The position numbers and the translations under genes were made by a program. A stretch of DNA of 64,000 nt, taken from the IMG/VR virus record IMGVR_UViG_3300037780_000034, positions 253,723 to 317,722 of that record; one strand, written 5' to 3'. Positions 59,864-64,000 of the stretch are shown here, one piece after another; position 1 is the first letter of the stretch; each line of letters opens with the position of its first letter. Under the pieces are notes generated by a model that saw only the letters and a list, made by a program, of their open reading frames with translations, was not told the origin of the DNA and searched no databases. Source of the DNA: a virus. Its lineage: Duplodnaviria; Caudoviricetes.

Positions 59864-59871
59864 CCCCCATA
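59846..59871. repeat. Stem-loop family B, copy 1
   Basis: TATGGGGGA-GTATTTCA-TCCCCCATA; identical at 60266-60291 and near-identical at 61964-61987. Confidence 0.9.
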
Positions 59872-59887
59872 TTGTGTTTATGTATGT

Positions 59888-60187
59888 TTAATCGTTTTTG
59901 TGTTTATGTTTGATATTGTCTGCAATATCAGCCAGTTTGCGAAGCATTGTTGACGACATTGCCGCATATGTTGAATGATGAACAGCATTCAACGGTTCCG
60001 GCATATTCACAATGCCTCCGAGGTCGATGGATACACGAACAGGATCATATTCTTCATCCATAAACAAAACATAATAGCTTGATACTTCGTCGTCTTCAAA
60101 TACCGGAATTGCTTTCCATTGTTCTTTCGATTCAAAAAGAAAGTTTTCATACTGGGCGAGATTGATCTTTGCAGTTGTGGTAGTCAT
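59888..60187 (-). CDS. Hypothetical early protein (~99 aa)
   Basis: ATG at 60187 (MTTTTAKINL) after AAGGA; the ORF track start at 60301 runs through the hairpin. Confidence 0.65.
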   Translation of the reverse strand: MTTTTAKINLAQYENFLFESKEQWKAIPVFEDDEVSSYYVLFMDEEYDPVRVSIDLGGIVNMPEPLNAVHHSTYAAMSSTMLRKLADIADNIKHKHKND

Positions 60188-60265
60188 CTTTGATTTCCTT
60201 TTTAAGATGGACAATAGAATATATCTCACCATAAGATATATTATAAACTTCATCTTATATTGATA

Positions 60266-60291
60266 TATGGGGGAGTATTTCATCCCCCATA
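60266..60291. repeat. Stem-loop family B, copy 2
   Basis: Identical to 59846-59871. Confidence 0.9.
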
Positions 60292-60313
60292 ATAGTTTCA
60301 ATGTGATAGCCTA

Positions 60314-60676
60314 TTACAGTTTCCAATGTTTTGTGAAGCGAAGAACACCAGAACCCTTTTCCGTCAATTTGTAGAACACCTTGGCGCGACCGGGGCCTTC
60401 CGTCACTTTGGCCTTGTGGGTGGTAACAAGGCCGGATTGAACCAGTTGCAGAGTCAGAACGCGGGAAACCGGCGCACCACGATCAGCATAGTGATAGAAA
60501 CCATTCTTTTCCGCAATCATACGAAGGGCAAGCGCACGCCCTTTGATGTCATCGAGAACGCCAGTGCCTTCGGGGCGACCGGGGTTGAACTGGCGGCGAT
60601 CAACCTCGCCATCCTTCGTCAGCTTCGTGCCAGCGAAAACGGTGGCGGACTCGTGGGCAGGGGTCATGTTGGTCAT
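60314..60676 (-). CDS. GC-rich early protein with winged-helix (PadR/MarR-like) C-terminus
   Basis: LQLVQSGLV..EGPGRAKVFYKLTEKG; ATG at 60676 after AAGGA. Confidence 0.65.
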   Translation of the reverse strand: MTNMTPAHESATVFAGTKLTKDGEVDRRQFNPGRPEGTGVLDDIKGRALALRMIAEKNGFYHYADRGAPVSRVLTLQLVQSGLVTTHKAKVTEGPGRAKVFYKLTEKGSGVLRFTKHWKL

Positions 60677-60736
60677 AGTCTTGATCCTTTCAGGTTTGTC
60701 AGGTGGTGGCGGCGTTCCTCGCTGCCTGTGAAAGAA

Positions 60737-60766
60737 CATTTAGGCCAAGGAATCACACCTTGCAAG
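60737..60766 (-). promoter_or_regulatory. Sigma70 promoter with GANTC in the spacer
   Basis: CTTGCAA-GGTGTGATTCCTTGGCC (17 nt)-TAAATG on the minus strand. Confidence 0.6.
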
Positions 60767-61672
60767 ACAAAAAACAGCAAGATCACCAAAAAAATGATAA
60801 CACACTGAAAACACAGTGAAAAAACTTACCAAACACGATGATCTACAACCGATAGGGTCACGAATCGCATATGATAGCAGGCACATGATCCGAACATATC
60901 ACACAAGATTCGCCCTACTATAGACGGAATCCGTGCCATAGAAGGATAGTATATTCCGATAACAGAATATAATTACAAAATAATCATATAATAGATTCAG
61001 ATGTAAAGAATAATGGTAATATAGATGGATAAAGAATATTGATTATATATTAAGTAATTTCACTACGTTCCATTACTTAATAATCATAAAATATATACAA
61101 TTCTTCGTTAATCACTCAGAATTTGTATATATTTTCTTTTTTTTATTTTTAATTGATTAAAGTTATATTGTAATAATTATAGAATCTTTATATATATATT
61201 TCCGTGGATTAGACACACTTTAGCTTCTCCTGCTTAAAGTGTGCCCACCCTTGTAAGAAAAAATGTATATAAACATTTCCGTATCATAGACGATAGAGTG
61301 CATTGTCCGAAACTCTATTCTCCCAATATAAATCAACCATTTTTGTAATGTATATTACACGGTATGGAAAAGGCGGTTCTGCTGTACCTTTTTACAATTC
61401 ACTAAGCGCAAAATATTAACTGCCATATTGGAAACCTTGTTAATATTTTTGTGGGTATCAAAGCGTTCTGAAACTTCCCACTCTTTTTTCAGGGTATTAC
61501 CCCGAGACCTTAAATGAACTTAATAATAATATATTAAGTGCTATCAACCCAACTCCAGACCCAATCGGTTCATCTTCGGGGCTATATTCCTATAACAATG
61601 CGGATAGCTATGATTTAGACAATTTTTAATGACAAAATATTAAAACGAATCGCTCTAACATATGACCCAATA

Positions 61673-61701
61673 AACATAACACAATATATCCAGATTGTCA
61701 A
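61673..61701 (-). promoter_or_regulatory. Sigma70 promoter driving a region with no long ORF
   Basis: TTGACA-17-TATGTT with extended TG; CGATTCG about 20 nt downstream (61646-61652). Confidence 0.75.
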
Positions 61702-61702
61702 T

Positions 61703-61737
61703 AAAAAATAGAGGGAATCTTAATTGATTCCCTCTAT
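61703..61737 (-). terminator. Rho-independent terminator after the 41-aa peptide gene
   Basis: 12-bp perfect stem ATAGAGGGAATC / GATTCCCTCTAT with 6-nt loop, followed by TTTTT on the minus strand. Confidence 0.8.
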
Positions 61738-61772
61738 CATAAACCGTATATGTGACGAAAAGTGCCGCGATC

Positions 61773-61898
61773 CTACGCAGGCATCCAGTGACGCTTGCCG
61801 TCCGAATCACGATAGCTTTTCAGCTTCGGCGCACGCTTGGGACCAGCCTTCACATATTTGGCAACACGATTCCCCGTTCCTTTTTTCGACTTTGCCAT
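61773..61898 (-). CDS. 41-aa highly basic peptide
   Basis: MAKSKKGTGNRVAKYVKAGPKRAPKLKSYRDSDGKRHWMPA; AAGGA RBS, own promoter and own terminator. Confidence 0.7.
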   Translation of the reverse strand: MAKSKKGTGNRVAKYVKAGPKRAPKLKSYRDSDGKRHWMPA

Positions 61899-61936
61899 AA
61901 CATTTCCTTTCACTTGTTTGGCTTCACCTGTAACCC

Positions 61937-61964
61937 ATATAGGGCTATTCTCAGTAGGTGTCAA
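61937..61964 (-). promoter_or_regulatory. Alphaproteobacterial-type RpoD promoter abutting stem-loop B copy 3
   Basis: TTGAC-N17-CTATAT on the minus strand. Confidence 0.75.
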
Positions 61965-61987
61965 TGGGGGAATATTTCATCCCCCAT
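61964..61987. repeat. Stem-loop family B, copy 3
   Basis: ATGGGGGA-ATATTTCA-TCCCCCAT; one loop substitution. Confidence 0.85.
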
Positions 61988-61992
61988 AACAT

Positions 61993-62265
61993 TCACATAC
62001 TCCAATATGATTCACACGATGGCGACATATACGAGGGAGTATTGGCCTTTTCCATATATTTTTCACCCGTCATCAAATTCACACGTTCAACCAAGGGAAT
62101 ATTGTCATAATATTCGTCGGCATCCATCACACAATAATCCAACGGATAATATCCGTCACGATTGCAGGCACGAGTCAGTGCAATCTTCGCACCACGTTCG
62201 GTAGGAAATTCACGATCATTGAACATCAGACGATTGGTAGCACGGTGACAAACAACATAGCCCAT
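61993..62265 (-). CDS. Hypothetical early protein (90 aa)
   Basis: CAGGAG RBS within repeat C. Confidence 0.75.
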   Translation of the reverse strand: MGYVVCHRATNRLMFNDREFPTERGAKIALTRACNRDGYYPLDYCVMDADEYYDNIPLVERVNLMTGEKYMEKANTPSYMSPSCESYWSM

Positions 62266-62324
62266 AGTCGATTCTCCTGCTGAGTTGATAAGGTTACTTT
62301 AAGGGATGATTCCCACGGTGTCAA
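62263..62324 (-). repeat. Promoter+leader+RBS+ATG cassette, family C copy 1
   Basis: 62 bp, 54/62 identical to 62494-62555; TTGACA-17-TAAAGT, GAATC in the spacer, GGAG RBS. Confidence 0.9.
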
Positions 62325-62496
62325 CCACTTTTTTATCGTCGGAATAATCGTTCTTTCCTTTTCGATAAAAATGACACGCTATAGTATCACGTGTGACAGT
62401 AAGATAATTGCCACCAGTGTAAGAATTAAATGGACAAAAACAGCACGAAAACTTGTGAGAATAATCCCAACATGTTGAACAAGTTTTCGTTTCCAT
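62299..62496 (-). CDS. Small Cys-rich early protein (65 aa)
   Basis: CSTC..CCFC..CHFY; starts at the ATG of cassette C copy 2. Confidence 0.65.
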   Translation of the reverse strand: METKTCSTCWDYSHKFSCCFCPFNSYTGGNYLTVTRDTIACHFYRKGKNDYSDDKKVVDTVGIIP

Positions 62497-62555
62497 AGTC
62501 GATTCTCCTGTTGAGTTGATAAGGAATGTTTAACGGTTGATTCCCACAGTGTCAA
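62494..62555 (-). repeat. Promoter+leader+RBS+ATG cassette, family C copy 2
   Basis: See copy 1. Confidence 0.9.
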
Positions 62556-62618
62556 TAAGTTTTTTTCATTGTGCAAATTTTCACAATAATAATTATTACT
62601 ATACAAAAATACACAGTG

Positions 62619-62647
62619 TTGACACCGTAAAACGAATCGTATATGGT
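62619..62647 (+). promoter_or_regulatory. Rightward sigma70-like promoter with CGAATCG in the spacer
   Basis: TTGACA-17-TATGGT; no convincing downstream gene. Confidence 0.5.
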
Positions 62648-62780
62648 CATTTATAGAAACCGCACAGGTAATAGCCGACGCGATAGGAGCATGGCTTCGG
62701 GGGAATCTGTCCAAAAAATAATAAAAAATACAGATTACTCCATTTTAGCCCACCATAGCTATAAAATGGCTTCTAACGAT

Positions 62781-62810
62781 ACAATACACGATTCGCAACA
62801 CAGTGTCAAG
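62781..62810 (-). promoter_or_regulatory. Leftward sigma70-like promoter with CGAATCG in the spacer
   Basis: CTTGACA-CTGTGTTGCGAATCGTG (17 nt)-TATTGT on the minus strand. Confidence 0.6.
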
Positions 62811-62814
62811 CAGC

Positions 62815-62955
62815 TTATTCTTTCATCATAAATTCCAATTCGCGCTCCATACGCTCAATATTGCGTTTAATTTTTAAATATTCTCCCATACCAATACGAC
62901 CATAACGATAAGAATCATCGTTCTGCTTATGTTGAAGCTTATATTCCAACTTCAT
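62815..62955 (-). CDS. 46-aa small ORF absent from the ORF track
   Basis: MKLEYKLQHKQNDDSYRYGRIGMGEYLKIKRNIERMERELEFMMKE; promoter TTGACG-17-TATGTT at 62999-63027; no clear RBS. Confidence 0.4.
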   Translation of the reverse strand: MKLEYKLQHKQNDDSYRYGRIGMGEYLKIKRNIERMERELEFMMKE

Positions 62956-63245
62956 ACTGTGATACACGATTCGCCCCCCATTGTCTCAATCACAATGAAA
63001 CATAACATAGCGAAAATATGCCGTCAAGATACCATTTTCATACTACGATTTTTTGATCATATTTTGCTAACCTATTGATTTCATTATGTTTTTTATATGT
63101 GGGTATGTTAGAATTTATTGTTTAAAATCAATGGGTTACACGGTTTTTATCATTTTTGTTAAATTTTACTGTGTATATATATACGTCAAAATGATTAAAA
63201 ATGGCCAAAATTGTAAAAAACAACAATTTTGGCTTATTTTATTAA

Positions 63246-63632
63246 TTATATGACAATACCATAGAAGTCAGCTTCGTCATCATATATGGTTGAAACTTCT
63301 TCTACAATTTCTGCTACGCGGAATCTTACTCGCAAATATTCCCGTAATTTTTCTTCACAATGTTTTAATACTTCTATTTTTTCACTATGAATATATCCTA
63401 GTGTAGGATTTTGTTTTTCATATTTTCTTATTAATTTTTTTATATTATAAATTGAATTTATTGCTGTTTCTAAGGTTAAATCAAATTTTTTTAATTTACT
63501 ATTTCCATAATAGTCTTTATATTTTCCGCAAATATTGATGCTAAATTCTGTTGAACTATTAACTATCCCTGATTCTAACATTAAATTAAACAAATAATGT
63601 ATAATATGTTGTTTATCTTCTTTATATTTCAT
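63246..63632 (-). CDS. Hypothetical protein (128 aa)
   Basis: Single open frame with phage-like codon use. Confidence 0.6.
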   Translation of the reverse strand: MKYKEDKQHIIHYLFNLMLESGIVNSSTEFSINICGKYKDYYGNSKLKKFDLTLETAINSIYNIKKLIRKYEKQNPTLGYIHSEKIEVLKHCEEKLREYLRVRFRVAEIVEEVSTIYDDEADFYGIVI

Positions 63633-63848
63633 TTTTTATTACCTGCTCTAAAATAGGGCAAAAATTAAGGTCATTATAGCCGCCACAATAATATATCAAT
63701 GGTATTTACAATAATACCACAATAAAAAACAATAATACCACAATAAGAAAACAATAATAACAAGATATTACCAAGATATTACCAAGATAATATCACAATG
63801 TGTAGTCACATTCTTTTATGAGAATAGTTTTTATTGTGTAGGTAAAAA

Positions 63849-63965
63849 TGTTGTGTAGGATATTATTCATCTTGTAGTTTATTATGTTTATTATTGTGTT
63901 TGTTATATAGGGAATAATTGTTGTGTAGGATATTATTCATCTTGTAGTTTATTATGTTTATTATT
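63849..63965. repeat. Two perfect 47-bp direct repeats (63849-63895, 63919-63965) in low-complexity DNA
   Basis: TGTTGTGTAGGATATTATTCATCTTGTAGTTTATTATGTTTATTATT twice, with a 23-bp spacer. Confidence 0.85.
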
Positions 63966-64000
63966 ATGTTTATTATTATATTTGTTATTATGTTTATTAT

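Noticed and set aside
63849-63965. 47-bp repeats with a 23-bp spacer as a CRISPR array
   Set aside because: Only two copies, low complexity, no palindromic repeat structure, and no cas genes in the window.
1-64000. Stop-codon reassignment
   Set aside because: Core genes are full-length under the standard code and end in TAA, TGA or TAG with tight coupling to the next gene.

Overview
One 64-kb segment of an AT-rich, T4-like (myovirus) jumbo phage genome read in the standard genetic code. 1-8.1 kb: tape-measure-like gene and head module (portal, acidic core protein, prohead protease, scaffold, major capsid). 8.2-13.3 kb: three tandem Hef-like free-standing endonuclease genes; three more lie at 33.8, 36.4 and 43.3 kb. 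13.3-27.6 kb: tail-fibre, baseplate and decoration proteins. 27.7-30.9 kb: 2OG-Fe(II) oxygenase and a three-domain glycosyltransferase. 30.9-43.2 kb: NUDIX, gp15/gp14/gp13-like neck genes, tail sheath, and a MoxR AAA + HExxH/vWA pair. 45.1-57.3 kb: late genes for enzyme-like proteins (ART-like, two zincins, kinase-like, ParB-like, repeat protein). Most share an N-terminal leader resembling the T4 internal-protein capsid-targeting sequence, and two carry a copy of the scaffold C-terminal motif; I infer a capsid-packaged effector set. 57.4-64 kb: small leftward early genes, most with their own sigma70 promoter, separated by three families of repeated intergenic elements. This last region is enriched for YGATTCG (the GcrA/CcrM motif, pointing to an alphaproteobacterial host), and contains a promoter-driven, hairpin-rich ~0.9 kb stretch without a long ORF (candidate ncRNA) and an origin-like skew flip near 63.8 kb. 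All family calls come from motif recognition by eye; no database searches were run.
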